Assembly: GCF_006345805.1 (NCBI RefSeq)
Contig: NC_043000.1
Location: 72,726,001-72,790,000, forward strand
Source: Octopus sinensis
Taxonomy: Eukaryota
Length of the DNA: 64,000 nt
Reading direction: 5' to 3'
Part shown: positions 1-12,889 of the stretch, piece after piece
Position numbering within the stretch: the first letter of the stretch is position 1
Layout of the letters: each line of letters begins with the position of its first letter
Notes under the pieces: generated by a model
The model's database searches: none
Seen by the model: only the letters and a program-made list of their open reading frames with translations
Told to the model about the DNA's origin: nothing
Position numbers and translations under genes: made by a program

Positions 1-664
1 TGATTTCCTGTTTCAGAGTTGAAATTGTGCTCCAATTGGTCTGTAACCTGGAGGCTGTACAGTTCCTATAAAAAATTCCACAATATGCTTTCATCTCCTC
101 CATTCAAAAGTAAGGCCCAACAAATTAGTGTTACTTTATTACAATAATTATGCTCTCCTAATAAATCCACCAGCATACAGAGATGTTGCATTAAAAATAT
201 ATCATTAACTTGAAAAAATTTTTTACCATTCACTTATAAATGCATTCCTGCTCAGAATTGATAATCGGATACATATATTATTGGGATAGCTGGTATTTGT
301 AGATGACATTGAAATATCAGTTTTCTCTAAGTCTTTTTTTCAAATTAATCCTTAATAAATAAATCATTAATAAATTATATCACTGAATTCTAACCTGTTA
401 CTTTGAAGAATCAATTTTGAAAGTAGAAAATCTGGAGAAATTCACTGATTAAAAAAAAAAAGCACATGTGGTGCAAACAAGAAGTTGACTGGAAGTTGTT
501 TGTGAAATTAGTTGAAAGTTTGTTTCTTGTACAGAAGTGTTCTTGGTTTTAGTATTTGACTCCAAACAATAACACTGTTTGAACTGTGGTTAGATGAATG
601 TTTTACTTAAATGCCTTTATAGAAGAAATTAGATTGTTCCATTGTTTTTATAAATATAACATAC

Positions 665-990
665 AAAAAGTAGCACTCTGTCGGTTATGATGACGAGGGT
701 CCCAGCTGATACGATCAATGGAACAGCTTGCTCATGAAATTAACGTGCAAGTGGCTGAGCATTCCACGGACACATGAACCTTTAACGTAGTTCTCAGTGA
801 GATTCAGCATGACACAGGGTGTGACAAGGCTGACCTTTTGAAATACATGTACTACTCATTTTTGCTAGCAGATTGGACTGGAGCAATGTGAAATAAAGTG
901 TCTTGCTCGAGGACACAACGTGTTGCTAGGAATTGAACTCACAACCATATGATTGTAAGCCAAATGCCCTAACCACTAAGCCACACACCT
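665..990 (-). mobile_element. tRNA-derived SINE
   Basis: The minus strand begins ggtgtgTGGCTTAGTGGttaggg (A box) ... GAGTTCAATTcc (B box), followed by a SINE core-like body. Confidence 0.7.
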
Positions 991-1459
991 TCACAATGTA
1001 CATATTTAAAACTATAACAGAAAATCAAGTTTGATGTAAATAATTTGTGTATGTGTAACAATAAAAGTATATGTTAACCTGAGAAAATATTGTGCATATA
1101 TTATAGAATTGAAAAGGTAATGATATATGGACATATAAATATGTGGCAAAAGTTAGCAAGGAAGTTATATCTTGCACATGATATGATGAAAAATGTAAAT
1201 GATATACAATATGATTCCAAAGTCCTTTTAGCATTTTAATTACATAAATTAAAATATTACTCTCTACATCATTGTGAAAAATGTGTATGTGTGTATATAT
1301 GGGTTACATATATATATGTATGGTGAATTTTTGGAGGCTTGGTTAGGGAGAACAGAAGGTAAAAAAGAAAGACAGGAAGAAAGGTAAGAAAGAAATGTCT
1401 GTAAATCCTAACAAAATTTTTGTAAATAAGAAAAAGAAGCATTACTACAACTGAAGAAT

Positions 1460-3090
1460 GACAACTCAGTCATCCTAAAAGAATCCGATAAGGTTGGGAT
1501 GGTAGTGGTTATGGACAGGGACTACTATAAAGACAAAATATTAGTCGATCTAAGAGACCAAAATTACTATAAGGAATAAACAAGAAATCCAGAAAAACAA
1601 TTATGCATAAAATCAGAACATTATTTAACAAATATCCACACTCCTTCACAGATAAAGAAACAGACTACTTGATATAACTCTGGAAGTGAAGCAAGCAGTT
1701 TCTATGGCTTACCCAAGATCCACAAAAGCTTGGAAATATAGAGAGCTGTAAGTGAACAGAAGGACCAGTACTTAAAAATACTAAGACCCACTGATCTCAA
1801 ATTGAGACCAATAGTTGCTGGGCCATAATCTCCAACACAACAATTAAGTAATCTTTGGGATATACTCATTAATACCTAGTTATATATGAGACAACATGGA
1901 TTTTCTCAAATGCATCTTACCCACTGCCCCAGAAGGGACTATCCTTAGAAGTTTCAATGTTAGTAACCTTTATACTAATATACCTCACACTCAGGACTGA
2001 AAGTAATCAAACACTGAGTAGAAAAATGTAGAGAGAAGATAAATGAATATTTCAAATCATATTTCATTACCAAAGCCACATGCCTGGGGCTAGAGGAGAA
2101 TACCTTTAATTTTGATGGTAAAACATATTGACAAATAAAGGGCACAGCTATGAGGACAAAATTTGCACCCGCATATGCTAATCTGGTTATGAGTTTTTGT
2201 TTTTAGAAGAAAAACTATACAAGGAAGTAGAGAAATTTTGAGAAATATGTCATTGAAAAGTGGAAATGCTTCCCCAAGGATTGCATTATTTTTTGGGAGA
2301 AATCAAATGATCTACAAATATTCAATGATCTGTCAAGTTCACAACAGAAACCAGTCATAATAACTTACTGTTTTTAGACATTCATATAAAAATAGGCAAC
2401 TCCACAGTAACAACAAAGGTATCTTAAAAAAAACCAGACACACACCAGTATTTGAACTTCTCTTGCCTCATTCACATATCAAAAGGAACATTCCGTATGG
2501 TAAGGCAAGATGTGTTTGTGCAATAGTAGTTGATCCAAAGGTATGTCAACTTCAACATAATGAACTCAAAGGCTTTCTAAAACAACAAATTTGCCTCTTA
2601 AAATTAATAAATAATGGAATTATAAAGGTGATGAAACTGGACATCATACAACTGAGGACATCCAAGAAAAAATTGAGGAAAATACTATTCCATTTATCAA
2701 TATGCATTAGCCAAGAGTGATCAACATATTCCAAACTACAAAACAAATCTACTAATACTCTTACATAACCCCAAAAATGAAAAATTTGGTTGATGAAAAT
2801 CTCATGCAATACTGTAAATATTAGCCAAAAATTCTTTAAGAAAAACATCTCACAAGGACAAAATTTACATCAGAGGATAATCCAGAATTCTCTGTGAAGG
2901 TCTGTGGAGAGAAGGGTGTGGAACATGTAACAGCAATTTCAAATATTTGGATACTGGTTCTCATAAAATTTGAAAGTGTATTCTCCAAGTAAATGCAGGA
3001 TTGAACTGCAAAGCACAATGTCATGTACAGTATCACCTGCCCCAAATGCAAATAAAATTATATTAGCAAAACCAACTCTCAGACTAAAAG
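1460..3090 (+). mobile_element. Degenerate Penelope-like retroelement (RT + GIY-YIG)
   Basis: Frameshifted motifs in order: FYGLPKIHK (~1700), LRPIVAG (~1802), LYTNIPH (~1968), IKGTAMRTKFAPAYANL (~2135), DTHQYL..HIKRNIPYG (~2440-2500), VMYSITCPKC (~3020). Confidence 0.85.
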
Positions 3091-4157
3091 AACTTTGCAA
3101 GATTCAAAGGGTAAATAAGTAGTGTTACAAATAGCAGAAAGTCTAAATATGGTCTAATACCTTATCTAGTACTAAGGTGAGACCAAATTATAGTTAACCA
3201 TGGGTAAGTTATAAAGTTTATTAGTGTAGGTTAAATAATTAAGTATAAGGTTGGCTATAGTTAGTGTACCAGAATGATTTGTATTTAAGGTGCTGGCATC
3301 TATAATTAAAACATAATGTTGATTTAATTTTATTTATATGAAACACCTCTGATACACAGAACCCACAACAACCCTCATCACCATTACCTTTATATGGTTG
3401 TGCATTATATATGATAGAGCAAACAGCTCTGAATTCAATGCTGTTATCAGTGAGAGGATGTACATATCTCCCAAAAGGCTATGATTTTCTTACTAAAGGA
3501 CATTCTCCTTTAATATGAATTCTAGTGAAATTAATGATGTGGTTGTAAAAAGTTTAAACATTGACACTAAAAGTATACAAAGCTGTACTTCAACTGTTGG
3601 AAAGATTAAGGATAGTAGTATTAAAACTATTGCTAATCTTAGTAATGCTAAATTTCAAGAACTAAATACTAAGTACCTTAATAAGTATAATGATGATAAT
3701 TACAATTATATACCATCCAACCGTAATAATGTTAATATTAATATGAGTTGCCTCCATAATATAGACCAAGATATGGTCTTCCATCCTGTTGGATCCTGTT
3801 TTATGATCCAGCCCATGCTAGTTTGGAGAGTAGATGTAAAAATGATAATGATGGTATTGGGATTCAATTCAATTGATTATACCTCTTCCTGAAAATATGT
3901 AGCCTTGTGTGTCTGTTTGAAATAATTTTTTTATTATTGTAACACTTGTTATTTTTGTTTGTTTGTAAACTGTCCCCTAACAGTGATTTTTGCTTCTTTC
4001 TAATCTTTAAACTAAACATGGACGTGAACAATAAGAGAAAATGATGTGTTTTTCATATACCCCTCTCTCAGTTGAAATAGGACATAATGATCTCATTCTC
4101 ATCAATTAATTTATTGCTTATTTAACATTGTTAATTTTTATTATTTAATAATTGCAG

Positions 4158-4265
4158 AAACGTGATGGCCCAAATGATATGGGAGCAACAGCTACAACAG
4201 AAATTGATACTGAAGAAAATAAGGATGCCCAATCAATATTTGAAAGATCACTGATTGTGAACAAA
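4158..4265 (+). CDS. RNF113A: RNF113A/Cwc24 internal coding exon (first visible)
   Basis: Acceptor ttgcag| and donor |gtaaat. Translates KRDGPNDMGATATTEIDTEENKDAQSIFERSLIVNK, matching the GPEDMGATA..ELDTE..DAQAIFERS block recalled from RNF113A. Phase 0/0. Confidence 0.92.
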
Positions 4266-6621
4266 GTAAATAGATTTGACTTTTATTTTAATAATTATAT
4301 TTTTGGATTGTGTTATCCTCATAAGAAGAACTAAGGTGTTTATGTTTATTTCTTTGCATTAGTTTTTAGCAGATTAAATTCTTTAAAAACCTCATCATGT
4401 TATACTATAAATCTCACAGTCTGTAGCAATTATGGAAAGATGGTCGCCAAAACAGTGATGTGGTAATCAATGATTATTATGAAAGCCTGCAACTTACTAT
4501 TAACCTTAACATCTTGTAGCATCCTGTTACTGAACATGAATGAATGATTAAAGAAGGATTAGTTTTATCCTTTAAATTAGGGAGCTCTTGACTTTCTTCA
4601 AAATGAATAAAAACAAGTTTCATATGATTCCTATGTAATCATGTATTCCAGAACTGGATGACTGATGCAGTTGAATGGTGTAATCTGTTGTATTGTTGGG
4701 TGTAAATGAAAAATCTGTCTGTTTGACTTTGTCTCTCTCCAACATTTTATTTTGATATGTAATCCAAATAACAAGAAGACAAAGAAATTTATTTAACACA
4801 TCTTTAATGATTCGTTACAATTGTTTCTGTACCAGCTCTACTTGTAACACCAGTTTACACAAAAATTCAAAGTGAAAATTTATGCAATGTTTGCAGTTTT
4901 AGACATTAGATTGGCACATCATCAGGCTTGCATCAAAGGTTCATTCTTATGTTGTGTGTCTTCCAGACATTGTTTTTTTGCTTATATTGGGAGGAAACAG
5001 AAAGCAAATGAAAGTATGGTTAGAGGATGAATAATTAGTAAAGATTCATTAAAGATTTCTGTGTCTTATTATTACTTGGATTACAGGCCACACCCACACA
5101 ATGGTTTTACCATTGTAAAACCAGGATTCTCTCCACTTGAAGAATTTCAGTAGTAGTCTGGAATCCAACAGTGTTGATAGCCCAGAACTCCAGTGAACTC
5201 TGGAAATATCCTACCTTTATACCTTACCAAACATACACATACACACTTGTATTTCTGTATATTCCAGTAAAATATATATATGCACTGTAAAATATATGTT
5301 TACATTTACTGGGTCTCATTTTTTGTATGTTCCTAATTTGGATTGTTCCTAGTTTTTCATTAGCTCTTCACCTCTAAATTAATTGTACTATATGAATCAA
5401 ACCTGAAACTATTTTCTAACTCACTGTAAAAAATACATATTAATTTCTACCTGGTTTCACTTTGGTATGTCCCTAATTTAGATTATTCCCAGCTGTTCTT
5501 TAGCTCTTCACTTCTATATTAAATACCTACTTCCAGTTTTGAGGGCATTATATTCAAGTATTTAAGTAATTTTATTAATAAATTTTAATTAAACTTGTTG
5601 AATTGACCCATATTTAAGCCCTTATTATTACTTTTATTAACATATATTTATTCCCTTAAATTCTTATTTATTTATTTATGTTAAATACTATATCTTCTTA
5701 CTTGAGCCTCTTAACATATTTACATCTGCTATCTCACCAAGGGAATGCTGCATATCTGAAATTAAAAATTTTTTGTCCAATAGTTCCTTATCTGTATTAG
5801 TCTAGCTCAATAATAATTTTTTTAAGGAGTGAAAGGCTATATTTTGTAAGTCTTTATTTATTTTTACTTTTTACCTTATTTTGTTTTATTTATTTTATTT
5901 TATTCTTGATTTTATTTCAAAATTTTTATGCACCCTAGCATTAAGTTATCTTATAAGTCTTTTAACCCTTTCAATATTCATAATAAGTAATAGATTGCCT
6001 GGAATGTCTGGCCACCTTAATTAAATATTAATGAATAACCATACACACTTGAATTAAACTCTACATACTAATTTTCTATTTTTATATGGATGGACATAAT
6101 ATCACAATTTATGACTTTTATATCAATATATCTACTTGAGTTTTTCTTTTACTAAACACTCTAGATTAATATATTGATCTATTTTTACTTTACAATTCCA
6201 ATATATACTTCCTTCTTCCCCATTCTAAGGTCTATATCAAGTTTCATTCTATGGTTCTTTATGCATAAATTGTATCAGTTAATGATTTGCAGCTGTTTAC
6301 TCAAGATGCAGATCTTAAACTACCTCTGACAAATTTCAAATAATTTTTAATTATATTAATTAATTTTCTGAAGGTCTACAATTGAAACAACTGTAAGGGA
6401 TGTTTCTCAATTTTATAATTAATAAATAATAATTTATTATTTACTTCTCTATTTTACTTATAATAAATAAATATATATAAACCATGGTTCATATAGTTAC
6501 TGTGCAGTTGAGTATTAACTGTTATGTTCAACATTCTTTGTATAGGTAACTAACTAGTCGCTTCAAAGGATTTTGCTATCACTCAATGAGGTTTGTTACC
6601 TTAATTTCTGTATGTATACAT

Positions 6622-7275
6622 ATCATCATCATCATCATCATCATCATCATGCTAGCATGGGTTGGATGATTTGACTAAGGTCTGACGAACCAGATGGCTG
6701 CACCAGGCTTCAGTCTGATCTGGCAGAGTTTCTACAGCTGGATGTCCTTCCTAACACCAACCACTTCGAGAGTGTAGTGGGTGCTTTTACGTGCCACCAC
6801 CACGAGAGCCAGTCAGGTGGTACTGGCAACGGCCACACTCAAATGTTGCTTTTTATGTGCCACTTGCACAGGAGCCAGTCCAGCAGCACTGGCAACGACC
6901 TCGCTCGAATATTTTTTTCACGTGCCACCAGCACAGGTGCCAGTAAGACGACACAGGTAATGATCATGCTCGAATAGTGCTTTTCATGTCCCACCGGCAT
7001 GGAAGCCAGTTTGTGGCTCTGGCAATGATCACACTCAGATGGTACTCTTAGTGCACCACTAGCATGGAAGCCAGTCATCGAATTTGATTTCGATAGTCAC
7101 AGAGTAGGTCATAGCCCAACTAATTAGGGAGAGAGTCAGTTTGGATGAGATGCAGTTTGAGTTCGTGCCAGCGAAAAGCACCACTGATGCTATATTTCTG
7201 GTAAGACAGCTGCCGGAGAAATACCTAGCCAAAGATAAACCTCTGTACCTGGCTTTCGTTGACATGGAGAAAGCC
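6622..7275. mobile_element. RTE-tailed repeat (- strand, (CAT)n tail) joined to a short RTE RT fragment (+ strand, 7110-7275)
   Basis: (CAT)n-gctagcatgggttgg...ctggatgtccttcctaac family motif. The RT piece reads LDEMQFEFVP..STTDAIFLVRQL.EKYLAK.KPLYLAFVDMEKAF. Confidence 0.75.
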
Positions 7276-7449
7276 TTCTCTTCCTAATTAGTTGAGATAT
7301 GACCCTCTCTCTTATTTTCACCACATAATCCAACAATTTGATACCTTTATTTATTTCTGTCTTTTATGCAAAATGCATATAATTGCTATTCAGAGAACTT
7401 GCCCAGGGTGGAGGGGTGGAAAAGTGTATGGGATCATGCATGAAATTTT

Positions 7450-7875
7450 GAAGTGTGAATTGTTACTTGTGCATACAAGGGGAGAAAATTTCCTCTCTAT
7501 ATTTAAAGTCTTCACTGTTGAAGTTATGATATTTAGTTTTCAGTGAGGCAGTGCTTACATTTGGTGCTACATACCCTGTATTTGCTGGCCTTAGCTATAA
7601 TGCTTGAGTTTATGTGGGGGTTGCTCATGCCTCTCCCTTTAAGTGTTCATACCATATTGGATAAAGATGTTGTATGTCTGTCTTTTGTTTTCATCTCTGA
7701 ATGAAGCCAAATGTTGTGTATCTCTTTGTTTGAAGGTGTTTCCTATCATTCCAATGTAAGTTTTTGTTGTTCCATTCAAATCTGTAATGTTGGCCTTGTA
7801 CACTATATCATTTTCCAGGCATGTATTGTTCAGGGGACAGCTGTTTGGGCATCTACAATTACAGGATCTTTGGGG
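7450..7875 (-). mobile_element. Penelope-like GIY-YIG endonuclease fragment
   Basis: Minus-strand translation CRCPNSCPLNNTCLENDIVYKANITDLNGTTKTYIGMIGNTFKQR...H..SFR. A short inverted copy of its 3' part lies at ~7940-8010. Confidence 0.8.
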
Positions 7876-9824
7876 AGATATTCCTAATATTGTTATTGTG
7901 ATTGAAAATGATTGAGCATTTCCTATATAAACCGGTGCTTTATAGCTAAGGCCAACAAATACAGGAGACAGGGCATCAAATGTAAGCTCTGCATCACTGA
8001 GAAACTAAATACCAGTTTTGACAAATTTTTTCAATTTTTGTTTTCACTATGGCCTTCAAAATGATGGCGGGAAGCTTTTAATGAAAAGAAATTTTGGAAA
8101 ATTTATAATTTCCTGTGCCCACCAGGACCAATTTTGGCCAATTCTTTTGCACTATGTGCTTAAAAATGATGAGCAAAAAAAAAAAGAAATTTTGAAAATA
8201 TTTCCAAACACAAAGATGTGTGATTTAAGGGAGATTTAACTGTTGTTTTTAGTACATCCAATGATCACCTGGTACCTTTCTCAGAATTGCATGTAGGCTT
8301 AGATTAAAAATCAAACAAAATGGGAAAACTAAATCCTTGCTTTAACATTAGAAACATAAATTAAAGGCACTAAAACATTTTGGGCTATAGAAGACATATC
8401 TTGTACATTTTTCATAGATATAAGTTTACTTAATAATAATTAGTTTAACTATTTCTTGAAATTTTGGCTCAAACTTGATATTTGAAGCCTTAAATTCACG
8501 TTCTATTTGACCTATCATCACACAGGAATACATCTGTTTGACAAGTAGCATTACAGAGCCACCCTCTTTATTGACTTTGTGCTTTTATGGTGTATCATGG
8601 CCAGATTTTGGCAATGATTGTATTGAATGCATGAAAATTTTTTCTTTCTTATGGTATAAAAAATCTCGAGGAAGATATGTTTTTTTTCTAATTGAAAATT
8701 AAGGATGATATTTTAGCTTTTCTATTTCATAATGATTATCTGACCTACCCCTATCAATTTTTATATCAAAAATAAATGAATAAAAATCCTCTTCATGACT
8801 GTATGAGTTTCAACACACATTGAGTTATAGTGCTCCAGCACATTGAACTAAAATGAGGGCTACTGTTCAGTTGTAAAAAATATAAAAAATGGGACAAACT
8901 TAGTGGAAATACCAGGGTGATTGAGGGATACTGGCATGGTAAGTGTTGGATTTTGATCAAAACTACATGAGAAGAAAATCCACATCTAAAACTCTCAAAT
9001 GATATATAGTTTTCTGCAGAAAAAATGTATTTTCACAACATATAAATGTTCAAGCAAAAAGTGTGTTTTTGCATAGTGAAACTGTGCTTGTCCCCCTTTA
9101 CAGCACATTATAGTGATACCTAGTAATACTCTGTAGTATTAAACTGTATAAACTTTCCACTGAGTTTGTCATTTACATACTCAACTCCTCTTGTTACCAT
9201 ATTTCTGCAGGTGTTTCAGTTAATTTTGAAAATAATGAAGAATTTAGTAAAATAATTTTTTCATTAATAATTTGTTAGTTGGTACATAAATTAGACAAAA
9301 TGTTGATGGAAAATGTTAATTTAAATCACTTCAAAACCAGAAGTATGTATCAGAGAACCAGAGGTGATCTCAAGTGGGTTGGTATCAAGAAGGCTAAACT
9401 ATGCTGTGGTGGCATTGCTATATATCCATTCAATGAGATTAGAGGCTGCTTTCATTTGTAGGATGATTTTATGTAGTACTTTTTTTCTCTTCTCTAACCA
9501 TACTTCTCTCCTTTTTATCTCTTGTATATTGGCCCATTAGTTAGTAATCCTTTATGTTAATTTGGAGATTAAGAGGTTACTTCTCTTGTACCAAAGATTT
9601 ACTACAGACAGTGATCATAATTTTTTTAAAACCAGGATTTATGAGTGAAACGGACTCACATAAAACATAAGTTTGAGGGTCATCAATTGTTTGTTCACCT
9701 TTCAGATGTTGGGTACTCATTCTTCTAGTTAGTTACTAATGCACATTTGTATGTATATGAGTGTATGTTTGAATGAGCTGACAATGCTAAATGTTGAATT
9801 TGTTTTCCTTTTATTTTTCTGTAG

Positions 9825-9934
9825 GAATTAAAAGGTAAAGAAGATGACAAGCTCTATCGTGGGATAAATAACTATGCTCAGTATTATGAGAAAAAGGATA
9901 CTGCTCAGGGTAATGCATCAAGTGGAAACGTGAG
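9825..9934 (+). CDS. RNF113A: RNF113A coding exon
   Basis: Polypyrimidine tract + tgtag| and donor |gtaagt. Translates [36 protein letters not shown](R). Ends in phase 2. Confidence 0.95.
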
Positions 9935-10154
9935 GTAAGTCATTTCATCTGAGATTTTATCCTATAGAATCTAATTTATTCATCTTTCAGAGCTATGTTT
10001 GATCTTTGTCTTAGATTTCTCATTTAGCATTTGTTGTTATGTGACCATAATAAAATTGTTGTTTCTATTATACATTTATTTTCTGAATAATTTTCTCCCA
10101 CTCCTTATCTGCCTTTTTATTTCAGTTTCATTCTGTAACATCAATATGTCTTAA

Positions 10155-11307
10155 CCCTTTCGTTACTATATTTCTGACCAAAAAACACCCCTCATGAGTT
10201 TCAATTAAATTCTAAAATAATCATGAATCTAGGCTTGTTTCATTAAATAACTGTAACTTTTTTTACTTATCAACATTTTAATGTGATATTTGGAACATAA
10301 TTAAAGTAAGGGTTCTTAATCAATTCTATTGCATAACTTTTGTCTCAAAGTGACTTTAATTACAGGTAAATCCAGGTAAATTGAGCAAAAGCTAAAAATA
10401 TTACAATTTTAAATTTGAGCAAAAGGTAAAAATATTAAAATTTTGTTTAAACATCACCATAGAAAATGAATCATCAGCTAATATTCAAATGGGTATGCAA
10501 CAAAATTTTGATAAAGAAGAATTGTGCACATCACTATATCATCAGTTGAATTTAATGCACAACAGGCGTACCATAAAGGTGGAATAAAGTGAAATACTGG
10601 AATCCACCGTAAGTTTGACCGAACTAAAGAAATCAGTCAAAAAATAATATATGGCCCTGGTTATGGTATGGAAGTGATAAATTCCAGACCACATCGTTTC
10701 CTAGGCCATGCTGACTAACATTATTTTCCCTGTATAAAAACTAAATCCATGCAGTACCCAGTATTTGCTTCACAAATTTTCCGAAATTTGAACCCCCATT
10801 TTGTGTTTGTTTACATTCTGCGTAAGTTTGTTTCCGCATTGATCGCTTCAAACAATAACTTCCAGACCACATCATACCCTAAGCCATGCTGACTAACATT
10901 GTTTCCCTGTATAAAAACTAAATCCACAACAGTACCCAGTATTTGTTTCACAAATTTTCCAATTCGGAATCAATGCTTGATAACATGAAACTCTTATCCA
11001 TTTTCAAAGTTGTCGAAAAATCGATGCCGAAAAAAATGTGGAAAAAAAATCTCCCAAAATTCAGGGAATTAAAATTAGACGTCGATCGTTGTACAAAACT
11101 GTAGATGAACTGTTTACGAAGCATAATCACATGTTTTCACGAATGTACTAAAGAGATTTGCTCTGATATTCTCATTTAGATATGAATAGGTAAATTCGGG
11201 CGGCTTTGGGCGGTTTGGTCACATTAACCAAAATCTTTTTCGGGCGGCTTTGGGCGGTTTGGTCACATTAACCAAAATCTTTTTCGGGCGGTTTGGTAAC
11301 GAAAGGG
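10155..11307. mobile_element. Non-autonomous piggyBac-type DNA transposon (MITE)
   Basis: TTAA (10151-10154) + CCCTTTCGTTAC ... GTAACGAAAGGG + TTAA (11308-11311): perfect 12-bp TIR with TTAA target duplication. No transposase ORF. Confidence 0.85.
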
Positions 11308-11691
11308 TTAATATTATAATTTTTTTCAATTTGGCCAGGACTTCATGTAGTGTCTTTCTGTCTCCTAAAGTTCTCACATAACTATGTTAGGTTTCAGTTT
11401 CCTTTTGTTGTAACATATTTTCTATTGTTGCTATTTTATATTTTTTAATTTGCTACTTGTGAGTTTTTTCATTTTTCTAAAGATTTCTTTTTCGGTCTAC
11501 TGTTCTTTTGCTGCATTTATTTTCTAGGGAGATAAATTTTCTGTGAGACATTTTTCTGCTGTAGAGTCATTAATGTGGAGTAGTCATAGTTAGCTTCCAT
11601 TGAATAGAAATAAGGTAACTTATTCTTTGTCATGAAATAATTATTTGCTTGGCTTATGGTATGATATTTTGTGACTTTGATCACAAAAGTG

Positions 11692-12060
11692 TAGCATTTT
11701 TGAGAAAAACTTATATTTACAAAGTTATTTCATGTTAAAGTACTCGTATTTCGGTAATTTCAACCAATCGATGATGTGTATTATGACATCGTTCGTGCAT
11801 TCGTACTGGTTCTAAGGTTAGCGTTTTAGGGTTAGGGTTAGGGTTTTAGGGTTAGGGTGTTAGGGTTAAGGTTTTAGGGTGAGGGTTGTCATAAATAACA
11901 GTGACAAATGAAATATACACCGCCGAAAGTTCTTGTTGACAAACAACAGCAGTAATTTTATTCAGCTGAATACATGTCATTGATTGATTAAAATTACTGA
12001 AATATGAGAACTTTAATGTGAAATAACTTTGTAAATATAAGTTTTTCTCAAAAATGCTAA
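11692..12060. mobile_element. Foldback/MITE-like element enclosing degenerate (TTAGGG)n
   Basis: ~90-bp inverted arms at 11692-11782 and 11969-12060. TTAGGG/TTTTAGGG repeats at ~11814-11888. Confidence 0.7.
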
Positions 12061-12289
12061 GAGTAAAAGATATTTTATATGACACATTCTACCAGTGTCC
12101 GAAGTTTGAAAGTGTTTAGTTACAAAAAATTATTTTTTAAATCTGTAGGTCAAAAGATCCACAACTTGTGCCTAATGAAAAAAAGTTTGGTATAATTGGG
12201 CTTGTTCTATGATAATTTGAATCAAGAATTTTACAGCTTAAATAAAACAATTTTCTCTTTACTTTGTCAATATACAATTCAAATTCTGG

Positions 12290-12830
12290 ATCAGTGGCAG
12301 CTTCTTCAATCACCAGTACTTCAAAACCAAAACAATTGACTGAATGGCAATAATATGTAACTTCCTGTTTGCTGATGATGCTGGACTTGTTGCAACATCT
12401 ATCAAAGAAGCTCAAATGCTTGTTAATAATTTCTCTAATATGAGTTAAGCTTTTGATCTCATTATCATCATTAAAGACTGAAGTTGTCTACCAGCCAAGG
12501 CTTATTGTCTAGAGATATGTGGACAGTTGTGGACATGTGTTTCTGGCTCAATAGCTATTATCAGCATAACAGTTGTGGAACTTGGACCCACACCTCCTGT
12601 AGACATGACAGGCATTCTACCATGGGATCAAGCATTCCTTTGAATTTATCTGTTTTAGAAACTTTATTCTTACCAGCAAGAATTGTATTTTGTTGATATC
12701 ATTAGAATTTATAAATTTTAGAGAGAATGTGAAATAATTGCGTGTTGGAACAGTGGATCTTGAAGCGCATAAAAATAGTAGCATGTAAATGTTGGGTTGA
12801 AAAACTTTTGGTTAGAAAAAAGTTGAAGGC
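12290..12830 (+). mobile_element. Highly decayed RTE-like LINE RT fragment
   Basis: FLFADDAGLVA...KTEVVYQP-like translation at ~12362-12500. Confidence 0.5.
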
Positions 12831-12889
12831 TATCCATGGAACTTGAATCCACATCACCCTTAGACATGACAGCTGTTCTTTGGTGCCCT

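Noticed and set aside
3515-3892. 125-aa Asn/Ser-rich ORF upstream of the first RNF113A exon
   Set aside because: Low-complexity AT-rich sequence with no recognisable similarity to the RNF113A N-terminus and no convincing splice sites.
4152-4334. ORF as a standalone 60-aa gene
   Set aside because: It is an exon read through into intron; similarity ends at the GT donor at 4266.
11814-11888. True telomere or chromosome fusion site
   Set aside because: Short, degenerate, single orientation, and inside an intron and a foldback element.
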